DNA from: an uncultured bacterium | GTDB lineage: Bacteria > Krumholzibacteriota > Krumholzibacteriia > Krumholzibacteriales > Krumholzibacteriaceae | Assembly: GCA_963786935.1 (NCBI GenBank) | Contig: CAWBAN010000001.1 | Span: 320,001-384,000, forward strand | Length of the DNA stretch: 64,000 nucleotides | Direction: 5' to 3' | Shown: piece by piece, positions 55,415 to 64,000 of the stretch | Position numbering within the stretch: the first letter of the stretch is position 1 | How the letters are laid out: each line of letters starts with the position of its first letter | Translations under genes and position numbers: made by a program | Notes under the pieces: generated by a model | Seen by the model: only the letters and a program-made list of their open reading frames with translations | Database searches by the model: none | Told to the model about the DNA's origin: nothing

Positions 55415-57499
55415 TTGAAGAAGTACGGTATGGACAAGCTGCGGAACGTGATTCTTGTCGGCCATCAGGCCTCGGGCAAGACGACCCTCGCCGAGTCGAT
55501 TCTTTTCAACGCCGGCGTCAACAGCAGAGCCGGCAGGGTCGAGGACGGCAACACGACGATGGACTCTTCGCCCGAGGAAATCGCAAAAGTCATCTCGATC
55601 GACGCGGGTGTGGCCTTCTGCGAGATCGCCAAGACGAAGGTCAACATCATCGACACCCCCGGCTACGAGGATTTCGTCGGCCAGGTGCTCTCCTGTCTCC
55701 CCGTCGTCGAGGGAGGCGTCATCGTCATGAGCGCCGAGGGCGGCGTCGAGGCCGGCACGATCAAGACGTGGAGCTACCTCGACCGGTACGGTCTTCCCCG
55801 CGTCGTGTGCGTCAACAAGATGGACAAAGAGCACGCCGACTTCGACAAATGCGTCGAGGAGGCGCAGAGCCAGCTCGGCCCGAAGGTCGTCCCGTTCCAG
55901 ATTCCCATCGGCCAGGGGGAGAAATTCAAGGGTGTCGTCGACGTATTGAAGGGAAAGGCCTACGTATATTCGGGCGACGGCAAATTCTCCGAGGCCGACG
56001 TCCCCGCCGATCTCAAGAGCGCGGTGGACGAGGCGCTGCAGCGGCTCGTCGATTTCGCCGCCGAAACGGACGACTCCCTCCTCGAGAAGTTCCTCGGTGG
56101 GGAAAAGCTCTCCGACGACGAGCTTCGGAAAGGGCTCGCCGCCGGGTGCGTCGCCGGCACGCTCGTGCCGCTCTTCGTCGCCTCCGCGGCGAAGAACATC
56201 GGCGTTCAGCAGCTCATGGAATCGATCGTCTCGATGCTCCCGTCGCCCGCGTGGCGTCCGGAAGTCGACGCGAAGGCCGTCGGTTCGGGCGAGACGACAA
56301 AGGTCAAAGCCGGTCCCGGCGCTCCGGCATCGGTGCTCGTATTCAAGTTCGTGTCCGAGAAGAACGTCGGCGACCTTTCTTACTTCAGGGTGTTCGGCGG
56401 CGAGGTCGCCGTCGGGAAGGATCTCCACAACGCGAACATCGACAACGCCGAGCGCATGGGGCAGCTCTTCTTCATTCAGGGCAGGAACAGGGTCGACGCC
56501 GAGTCGGTCGAGGCGGGAGACATCGGCGCCGCCGTGAAGCTGAAAGCGACGCGCCTCGGCCACACGCTCTGCGAGCGCGCGCATCCGGCCATTTTCCCCG
56601 ATGTGCTCTATCCCGAGCCGACGCTCACCACGGCGATCGCGGCGAAGGTCAAGGGGGAAGAGGATAAGGTGGCGACCGGGCTCGCCAAGCTCAAGGAGGA
56701 GGACCCGACCTTCAAGCTCGAGCAGGATCCCGAGCTCCGGCAGATGCTCCTCTCGGGGCAGGGGGAGCTCCATCTCGACGTGCTGCTCGCGCGGCTCAAG
56801 CGGAAGTCGAGCGTCGAGGTCGAGATGGCCGTGCCGAAGATACCGTACCGCGAGACGATCACGGCGAAGGCCGAGGCCCAGGGCAAATACAAGAAGCAGA
56901 GCGGCGGCCGCGGCCAGTACGGCGACTGCTGGCTCCGGCTCGAGCCGCTCCCGCGCGGCGGCGGTTTCGAGTTCGTCGACGAGGTGGTCGGCGGCACCGT
57001 TCCCGGCAAGTACATCCCCGCCGTCGAAAAGGGCGTGCGGGAAGCCATGAAGGAAGGCGTCGTCGCCGGATACGTCGTGATGGACGTCAGGGTCGCGATC
57101 TACTACGGCTCATACCACGCGGTCGATTCCTCGGACAACGCGTTCAAGGTCGCGGGCTCCCTCGGATTCAAGGCGGCGGTGCTCAAGGCGAAGCCGGTCA
57201 TCCTCGAGCCGATCATGAACGTCGAGGTATACGTGCCGGGCGATTTTATGGGGGACGTCATGGGCGATCTCTCGTCGCGCCGCGGCAAGATTCAGGGAAT
57301 GGAGCAGGAGGGAACCGGCCAGAAGATCAAAGCGCAGGTGCCGCTCGCGGAGCTCCACCGCTATTCGACCTCGCTCCGGTCGATGACGCAGGGGCGCGGC
57401 GTGCACCATCAGGAGTTCTCTCACTACGAGGAAGTGCCTCACGAGGTCGCGCAGAAGCTCATCGCGGCCGCCGAGGCGGCGAAGACCGAGACCGATTAA
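55415..57499 (+). CDS. fusA: Elongation factor G-like GTPase (EF-G2 paralog)
   Basis: GHQASGKTT, DTPGYEDF, NKMD, KKQSGGRGQYG and YHAVDSS. Divergent switch I, and located outside the str operon. Confidence 0.92.
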   Translation: MKKYGMDKLRNVILVGHQASGKTTLAESILFNAGVNSRAGRVEDGNTTMDSSPEEIAKVISIDAGVAFCEIAKTKVNIIDTPGYEDFVGQVLSCLPVVEGGVIVMSAEGGVEAGTIKTWSYLDRYGLPRVVCVNKMDKEHADFDKCVEEAQSQLGPKVVPFQIPIGQGEKFKGVVDVLKGKAYVYSGDGKFSEADVPADLKSAVDEALQRLVDFAAETDDSLLEKFLGGEKLSDDELRKGLAAGCVAGTLVPLFVASAAKNIGVQQLMESIVSMLPSPAWRPEVDAKAVGSGETTKVKAGPGAPASVLVFKFVSEKNVGDLSYFRVFGGEVAVGKDLHNANIDNAERMGQLFFIQGRNRVDAESVEAGDIGAAVKLKATRLGHTLCERAHPAIFPDVLYPEPTLTTAIAAKVKGEEDKVATGLAKLKEEDPTFKLEQDPELRQMLLSGQGELHLDVLLARLKRKSSVEVEMAVPKIPYRETITAKAEAQGKYKKQSGGRGQYGDCWLRLEPLPRGGGFEFVDEVVGGTVPGKYIPAVEKGVREAMKEGVVAGYVVMDVRVAIYYGSYHAVDSSDNAFKVAGSLGFKAAVLKAKPVILEPIMNVEVYVPGDFMGDVMGDLSSRRGKIQGMEQEGTGQKIKAQVPLAELHRYSTSLRSMTQGRGVHHQEFSHYEEVPHEVAQKLIAAAEAAKTETD

Positions 57500-57523
57500 C
57501 CGTACGGCTCAAGGAGGCGTTTC

Positions 57524-58282
57524 GTGTCGGGGCATTCGAAATGGGCAACCATCAAGAGGAAGAAAGCGAAGGTCGACGCACAGCGGGGCAAGATCTTCAC
57601 GAAGCTCATCAGGGAAATTCTGACGGCCGCCCGCGAGGGGGGCGGCGACCTCGAGAACAACGCGCGCCTCCGGACGGCGGTGCAGACCGCCCGCGAGAGC
57701 AACATGCCGTACGAGAACATCGAACGCGCCATCAAGCGCGGCACGGGCGAGCTGGACGGCGTGAGCTACGAAACCGCCACGTTCGAAGGGTACGCCCCGG
57801 GCGGCATCGCGATCCTCGTGACGACGCTCACCGATAACCGCAACCGCACGAGCTCCGAGATCCGGCATCTGTTCACCCGCCACGGCGGGCACATGACCGA
57901 GCCGAACTCCGTTTCGTACATGTTCGAGAAGAAAGGCCTGATCGTCGTCGAAGGCTCGCAGGCGAGCGAGGACGGGCTGCTCGAGATCGCGCTCGAGAAC
58001 GGCGCGGACGACGTTCGCTCCGAGGGAGGCGCCTTCGAGATCGTATGTCCTCCGGAGGCGTTCGAGCCGCTTCGCGCGAAGCTGCAGGAGGCGAAGATCG
58101 CCACCCAGATGGCGGAGGTGTCGCTCCTGCCGAAGCTGGCGGTCAAGGTCGATCGCGACGCGGCGGTCAAGGTCCTCAAGCTCGTGAGCTCGCTGGAGGA
58201 TCTCGACGACGTCCAGAACGTCGCCGGCAATTTCGACATCTCGGACGATATACTGAAATCGATCGAAGGGGAGCTCGGCTGA
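57524..58282 (+). CDS. yebC: YebC/PmpR-family protein
   Basis: SGHSKWATIKRKK, EGYAPGG, TDNRNRT and LEDLDDVQNV. Confidence 0.96.
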   Translation: MSGHSKWATIKRKKAKVDAQRGKIFTKLIREILTAAREGGGDLENNARLRTAVQTARESNMPYENIERAIKRGTGELDGVSYETATFEGYAPGGIAILVTTLTDNRNRTSSEIRHLFTRHGGHMTEPNSVSYMFEKKGLIVVEGSQASEDGLLEIALENGADDVRSEGGAFEIVCPPEAFEPLRAKLQEAKIATQMAEVSLLPKLAVKVDRDAAVKVLKLVSSLEDLDDVQNVAGNFDISDDILKSIEGELG

Positions 58283-58307
58283 TCGGGGATCCCCGCGAGG
58301 TGACCTC

Positions 58308-58802
58308 GTGCCCCTGATAATCGGCATCGATCCGGGGAGCCGTATCACGGGATACGGACTCGTCGATCTGCGCGGACGCGATATCGTCTTCGTCGGATCG
58401 GGGATCATCAGGACGGGGGATGCGATGCCGATCGGAGAGCGCCTGCTGGCGATCAAGCGCGCGCTCGACGAAGTGATGGGACACTACCGTCCGTCCGCGC
58501 TCGCCGTGGAAGAGATCTTCATGGCAAAGAATCCGAAGAGCACGCTCACCCTCGGGCAGGCGCGCGGCGTGGCGCTCCTCGCCGCGGCCGAGGCGGGCAT
58601 CCCGGTGTACGAGTACTCGTCCCGCGCGGTCAAGAGCAGCGTCACGGGCGCCGGCGGCGCGCACAAGAGCCAGGTCGCCGCGATGGTGGGCCGTCTCATG
58701 CGGCTCGATCACGAGCCGGAGACGGAGGACGAAACGGACGCGCTCGCCGTCGCGTTTTGCCACGCCGCCCGCTCAGGCGACGTCCGGAGGTCGTTCGCAT
58801 GA
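58308..58802 (+). CDS. ruvC: Holliday junction endonuclease RuvC
   Basis: IGIDPGSRITGYG, AVEE, GQARG and DETDALAVA. Confidence 0.96.
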   Translation: MPLIIGIDPGSRITGYGLVDLRGRDIVFVGSGIIRTGDAMPIGERLLAIKRALDEVMGHYRPSALAVEEIFMAKNPKSTLTLGQARGVALLAAAEAGIPVYEYSSRAVKSSVTGAGGAHKSQVAAMVGRLMRLDHEPETEDETDALAVAFCHAARSGDVRRSFA

Positions 58803-59398
58803 TCTCTTCCATCGAGGGAATTCTCCGCGCGAGGGACGGGAACCGGATCGTCGTCGAGGTCGGCGGCGTCGGGCTCGAGGTGTCAGTGCCCCTGCGCGTC
58901 GCCGAGTCGCTCGGCGGCGAGGGGGAGCGGGTGCGTCTCCACACCTATCTCCACGTCCGCGAGGACACGCTCGCGCTCTACGGCTTTCCCGACGAGGAGG
59001 AGCGGCACCTCTTCCAGCTGCTCATCGGGGTGAGCGGGATCGGTCCGAAGCTCGCCCTCTCCGTGCTCGCGCTCACGGGCCCGGGGGAGCTCGCCCGCGT
59101 CATTCACGAGGAAAAGGCGTCGTCCCTCGTCTCGATCCCCGGCATCGGAAAGAAGACCGCCGAGCGGATCGTTCTCGAGCTCAAGGACAAGATCGAGATC
59201 GAGCGCTATCTCCCCGCGGCCGCCGCGGCGGGAAAGGGCATGCCGCGTGAGCTGTTCGACGAGGCGATCACCGCGCTCGAATCGATCGGCCTCTCGCGGG
59301 CGAACGCGATCAAAGCGCTCGAACGCGTGAACATCCCGGCGCTCGGGACCTCGTACCGCGTCGAGGATCTCGTGCGCGAGGCGCTGAAAGCGATATAG
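58799..59398 (+). CDS. ruvA: Holliday junction branch migration protein RuvA
   Basis: VRED...LYGF, VSGIGPKLAL and PGIGKKTAERIVLELK. Confidence 0.96.
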   Translation: MISSIEGILRARDGNRIVVEVGGVGLEVSVPLRVAESLGGEGERVRLHTYLHVREDTLALYGFPDEEERHLFQLLIGVSGIGPKLALSVLALTGPGELARVIHEEKASSLVSIPGIGKKTAERIVLELKDKIEIERYLPAAAAAGKGMPRELFDEAITALESIGLSRANAIKALERVNIPALGTSYRVEDLVREALKAI

Positions 59399-59401
59399 AC
59401 G

Positions 59402-60451
59402 ATGGAACCGAAGAGAACGGACAAGGCGCCGGCGAGCTTCATCACCGATCCGAAGGTGTCTCCCGAAGAGATCCAGTCGGAGTCGCGGCTTCGCCCGAAG
59501 ACGCTCGACGAGTTCGTCGGCCAGTCGAAGGTGAAGGAGAATCTCACCGTCTTCATCGAAGCGGCCAAGCAGCGCTGCGAGCCGCTCGATCACGTGCTCC
59601 TCTACGGCCCGCCCGGTCTCGGAAAAACGACGCTCGCCCACATCATCGCGCACGAGCTCGGCGTCGCGATCCGGACGACCTCGGGCCCCGTGTTCCAGAA
59701 CGCCGCGGAGCTCCTCGGCGTGCTCACGCAGATCGAGAAGCGAGACGTCGTGTTCATCGACGAGATCCACCGGCTGAGCCGCGTCGTTGAGGAGCACCTC
59801 TACCCGGCGATGGAGGAGTTCCGGTGCGAGCTCATCGTCGACAAGGGGCCGCACGCGCGGCACTACTCGATCACGATCGAGCCGTTCACCCTCGTCGGCG
59901 CGACCACGCGCGCGGGGATGATCACCCCGCCGATGCGGAGCCGTTTCGGCGTCGTCGCCCGCCTCGATTTCTACCGTCCGGAGGATCTCGTCCGCATCGT
60001 CACGCGCTCGGCGCAGCTCCTCGACATCGAGATCGACGACGAGGGGACGATCGAGATCGCGAAGCGCTCCCGCGGCACGCCGCGCATCGCGAACCGGCTG
60101 CTCCGCCGCGTGCGCGACTTCGCCCAGATCAAGGGGAAGGGGCGGATCGACCTCGAGATCGCCGATTACGCGCTCGGGATGCTCGAGGTGGACGAGCGGG
60201 GATTGAACGAGATGGACCGCCGGCTGCTCGCGACGATCATCGAGAAGTTCTCCGGCGGGCCGGTCGGCATCAATTCCCTCTCGGTCGCCGTATCCGAGGA
60301 GGCCGAGACGATCGAGGACATCTACGAACCCTTCCTCATTCAGGAAGGCCTGATCCAGCGCACGTCGCGCGGGAGGATGGCGACCGAGGCGGGATATCGC
60401 CATCTGAAAATCGACACGAAGGGCGGCGGCGCGCAGCCGGATCTGCTCTAG
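59402..60451 (+). CDS. ruvB: Holliday junction DNA helicase RuvB
   Basis: [28 protein letters not shown] and [13 protein letters not shown]. Confidence 0.98.
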   Translation: MEPKRTDKAPASFITDPKVSPEEIQSESRLRPKTLDEFVGQSKVKENLTVFIEAAKQRCEPLDHVLLYGPPGLGKTTLAHIIAHELGVAIRTTSGPVFQNAAELLGVLTQIEKRDVVFIDEIHRLSRVVEEHLYPAMEEFRCELIVDKGPHARHYSITIEPFTLVGATTRAGMITPPMRSRFGVVARLDFYRPEDLVRIVTRSAQLLDIEIDDEGTIEIAKRSRGTPRIANRLLRRVRDFAQIKGKGRIDLEIADYALGMLEVDERGLNEMDRRLLATIIEKFSGGPVGINSLSVAVSEEAETIEDIYEPFLIQEGLIQRTSRGRMATEAGYRHLKIDTKGGGAQPDLL

Positions 60452-60476
60452 AGGCCCGGGCGAATACCGGTCAACC

Positions 60477-61532
60477 ATGAAACTCGGCGATTTCGATTAC
60501 GAGCTTCCGCAGGAGCTCGTCGCGCAGCATCCGTCGGAGGCGCGCGACGCGAGCCGTCTCATCGTCCTCGACCGCTCGGGCGAAGACATCCGGGAGACGC
60601 TCTTTTCGAATTTTCCCCGCTTTCTCCGCGAGGGGGACATCCTCGTCCTGAACGAGACGCGCGTGATTCCGGCGCGGATCCTGTGCCGGCGGACGACCGG
60701 CGGTCTCGTCGAGGTGTTTCTCGTGCGGCGCCTCGCCGACCGGCGCTGGATCGCGATGCTCCGCCCCGCGAGCAGGCTCCGCGAGGGGGAGGCCGTGCTC
60801 GTCGGGGACGGGGACCTCGCGATCGCGATCGGCGCGGCCGCCGGCGAGGGGGAACGCGAGGTGTTCCTGCCCTCGTCGGTCGACGAGCGCCGGTTCCTCG
60901 AGACGCACGGGCACGTGCCGCTCCCGCCCTATATCAAGCGCGAGGACGACGAGCGGGACCGCGAGCGCTATCAGACGGTGTACGCCCGCCGCGACGGCTC
61001 CGTCGCGGCGCCGACCGCGGGGCTCCATTTCACCAAGGAGACGCTCTTCGAGGTCCGGCGCCGGGGCGTGACGGTCGTGCCCGTCACGCTGCACGTCGGC
61101 CCCGGAACCTTCCGCCCGCTCGCGAACGAGACGGTCGAGGAGAACCGCCTCGAGAGCGAGTTCGCGCTCGTGCGGAAGGACAGCTGGGAGGAGATCAGGG
61201 GGGCCCGCCGCGCGGGGCGCAGGGTCGTCGCGGTCGGCACGACGACGACCCGCGTGCTCGAGACGCTCGCCCTCGGGCCGCTCGCGAAACAGGAGGAGCG
61301 CGTCATCGACGGGGAGACCTATCTCGCGGGCACGACGGATCTCTTCATCTATCCGGGATTCCGGTTCAAGGTCGTGGACGCGCTCCTCACGAATCTCCAC
61401 CTGCCCAAATCGAGCCTTCTGCTCCTCGTCGCCGCCTTCGCCGGCCGGGACACGGTGCTCAAGACGTACCGGTGGGCGATCGGGAGGAAGTTCAGGTTCT
61501 ACAGCTACGGGGACGCGATGTTCATCCGGTAG
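60477..61532 (+). CDS. queA: S-adenosylmethionine:tRNA ribosyltransferase-isomerase
   Basis: FDYELP, PLPPYI, YQTVYA, SVAAPTAGLHF and FYSYGDAM. Confidence 0.97.
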   Translation: MKLGDFDYELPQELVAQHPSEARDASRLIVLDRSGEDIRETLFSNFPRFLREGDILVLNETRVIPARILCRRTTGGLVEVFLVRRLADRRWIAMLRPASRLREGEAVLVGDGDLAIAIGAAAGEGEREVFLPSSVDERRFLETHGHVPLPPYIKREDDERDRERYQTVYARRDGSVAAPTAGLHFTKETLFEVRRRGVTVVPVTLHVGPGTFRPLANETVEENRLESEFALVRKDSWEEIRGARRAGRRVVAVGTTTTRVLETLALGPLAKQEERVIDGETYLAGTTDLFIYPGFRFKVVDALLTNLHLPKSSLLLLVAAFAGRDTVLKTYRWAIGRKFRFYSYGDAMFIR

Positions 61533-62684
<1,152 letters not shown>

Positions 62685-62708
62685 ACGGACCGATACCAAG
62701 GAGGAACG

Positions 62709-63035
62709 ATGCACAGTCTATTTTTCGCGTTCAGCAACAATCCGTCGGGGGGCGCCCAGGGCGGCCCTTCTCTCCTCGTGAGCTTCGTGCCGATTCTCCT
62801 GATCTTCGTGATCTTCTATCTCCTCCTCATCCTGCCGCAGCAGAAGAAGCAGAAGCAGCACCAGAGCATGCTCAACTCGCTGACCAAGGGGGACCGCATC
62901 GTGACGACGGGCGGCATGTACGGCACGGTCGCCGACGTGAAGGACAACATGATCGTCCTCAAGATCTCCGAGGACGTCAAGGTCGAGCTCGTCAAGAACG
63001 CCGTTGCCGCCGTCATCGACAAGAAAGCGAGCTAG
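62709..63035 (+). CDS. yajC: Preprotein translocase subunit YajC
   Basis: IFYLLLILPQQKK and GDRIVTTGGMYG. Confidence 0.96.
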   Translation: MHSLFFAFSNNPSGGAQGGPSLLVSFVPILLIFVIFYLLLILPQQKKQKQHQSMLNSLTKGDRIVTTGGMYGTVADVKDNMIVLKISEDVKVELVKNAVAAVIDKKAS

Positions 63036-63076
63036 GAGCGCGGGCTCGCGCGGCTCGTTCTCTCGAGAGGTCTCGG

Positions 63077-63595
63077 ATGGTGGAATCGTTCGGCATTCGA
63101 AAGTACGGAGACCGCGTGCTCCGCGGGAAGGGCGCCGTCGTCAAGGAGTTCGGCTCCGAGCTCAAGGCGCTCTTCGAACGGATGGAGCGGACGATGATCG
63201 CCGCGCGCGGCGTCGGTCTCGCCGCGCCGCAGATCGGCCTCTCGAAGCAGATCGCGATCGTGAATCCCGAGCCGGAGGATTCGGCGAAGCTGATCAAGAT
63301 GATCAATCCCCGCGTCGTCGCTTCGTCGAAGGAAACGGTGAAGATCGAGGAGGGCTGCCTGAGCGTCCCCGGCGTGCGGGGGGACGTCGCGCGTCCCGAG
63401 CGCGTCACCGTCGTCTACCAGGACGAGAGCGGCGCGGAGCGAACGCTCGAGGCCGAGGGGATGCTCGCGCGGATCGTTCAGCACGAGCTCGATCACCTGA
63501 ACGGCGTGCTCTTCATCGACCGGCTCTCCTTCGCGAAACGCTCGCTCATCAAGGCGAAGCTCAAGACCCTTGCCGGCGGCGGCAAGGAGAAATAG
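63077..63595 (+). CDS. def: Peptide deformylase
   Basis: GVGLAAPQIG, EGCLSVP and QHELDHLNG. Confidence 0.97.
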   Translation: MVESFGIRKYGDRVLRGKGAVVKEFGSELKALFERMERTMIAARGVGLAAPQIGLSKQIAIVNPEPEDSAKLIKMINPRVVASSKETVKIEEGCLSVPGVRGDVARPERVTVVYQDESGAERTLEAEGMLARIVQHELDHLNGVLFIDRLSFAKRSLIKAKLKTLAGGGKEK

Positions 63596-63597
63596 CG

Positions 63598-64000
63598 ATG
63601 GAGCGCCTCATTTTTTTCGGATCCCCCGCCTTCGCCCTTCCGTCGCTCGAAGCGCTCGCCGCGAGCGAGTTCAAGCCCGTGCTCGTCGTGACGCAGCCCG
63701 ACCGGCCCGCCGGCCGCGGAAAAAACATCGTTCCCACGCCGGTCCGCGAGCTCGCGGGGAGGATCGGCGTTCCCGTGAAGATCATCGAGAGCTTCCGCGA
63801 GCCGGACGCGCTCGACGATCTTCGCGCCGCGGCGCCCGATTTCCTCGTCGTCGTCTCGTTCGGGAAGATTCTGCCGAAAGAGGCCCTCGGCATCGCGGCG
63901 AAAGGAAACATCAACCTCCACGCCTCGCTGCTGCCCCGGTACCGGGGAGCGAGCCCGATCGTCGGCGCGATCGTGAACGGCGATTCCTTCACCGGCGTGA
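63598..64000 (+). CDS. fmt: Methionyl-tRNA formyltransferase (3' truncated by the window edge)
   Basis: MERLIFFGSPAFALPSL, VTQPDRPAGRG and INLHASLLPRYRGASPI. The frame is open to the window end. Confidence 0.95.
   Translation, partial: MERLIFFGSPAFALPSLEALAASEFKPVLVVTQPDRPAGRGKNIVPTPVRELAGRIGVPVKIIESFREPDALDDLRAAAPDFLVVVSFGKILPKEALGIAAKGNINLHASLLPRYRGASPIVGAIVNGDSFTGV

Overview
A 64 kb GC-rich bacterial chromosome segment, mostly core genome. The 16S signatures and the FlgD/T9SS-like C-terminal domains suggest an FCB-superphylum candidate lineage, possibly Krumholzibacteriota- or Latescibacterota-like (inference, not searched). In order it contains: a partial matrixin-type metalloprotease; clpB behind a sigma-54 promoter with a palindromic enhancer; a giant gingipain-like C25/FG-GAP protein; an acyl-CoA dehydrogenase-etfBA-membrane Fe-S oxidoreductase operon and a ferredoxin; a UshA-like CxC protein; an unknown lipoprotein; yhaM-alr-deoB-deoC; PBP1A; a complete rRNA operon (16S, tRNA-Ile, tRNA-Ala, 23S, 5S); envelope and glycosylation genes; an aldehyde dehydrogenase; an alanine symporter; tyrS; and the yip1-EF-G-like-yebC-ruvCAB-queA-tgt-yajC-def-fmt cluster. 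I saw no CRISPR array, transposase, integrase or phage gene. Three genes carry a single-base (-1) frameshift at short G/C runs: clpB, deoB and a small unannotated gene. These are probably long-read deletions, and the deoB one creates a false DeoB-DeoC fusion. The most interesting unexplained structure is the leader at 50589-50801. It has a promoter, a long hairpin with a U-tract, a PPP-containing leader ORF abutting a glycosyltransferase operon, and an anti-SD that can pair with either of two identical SD sites, which makes it a candidate attenuator.
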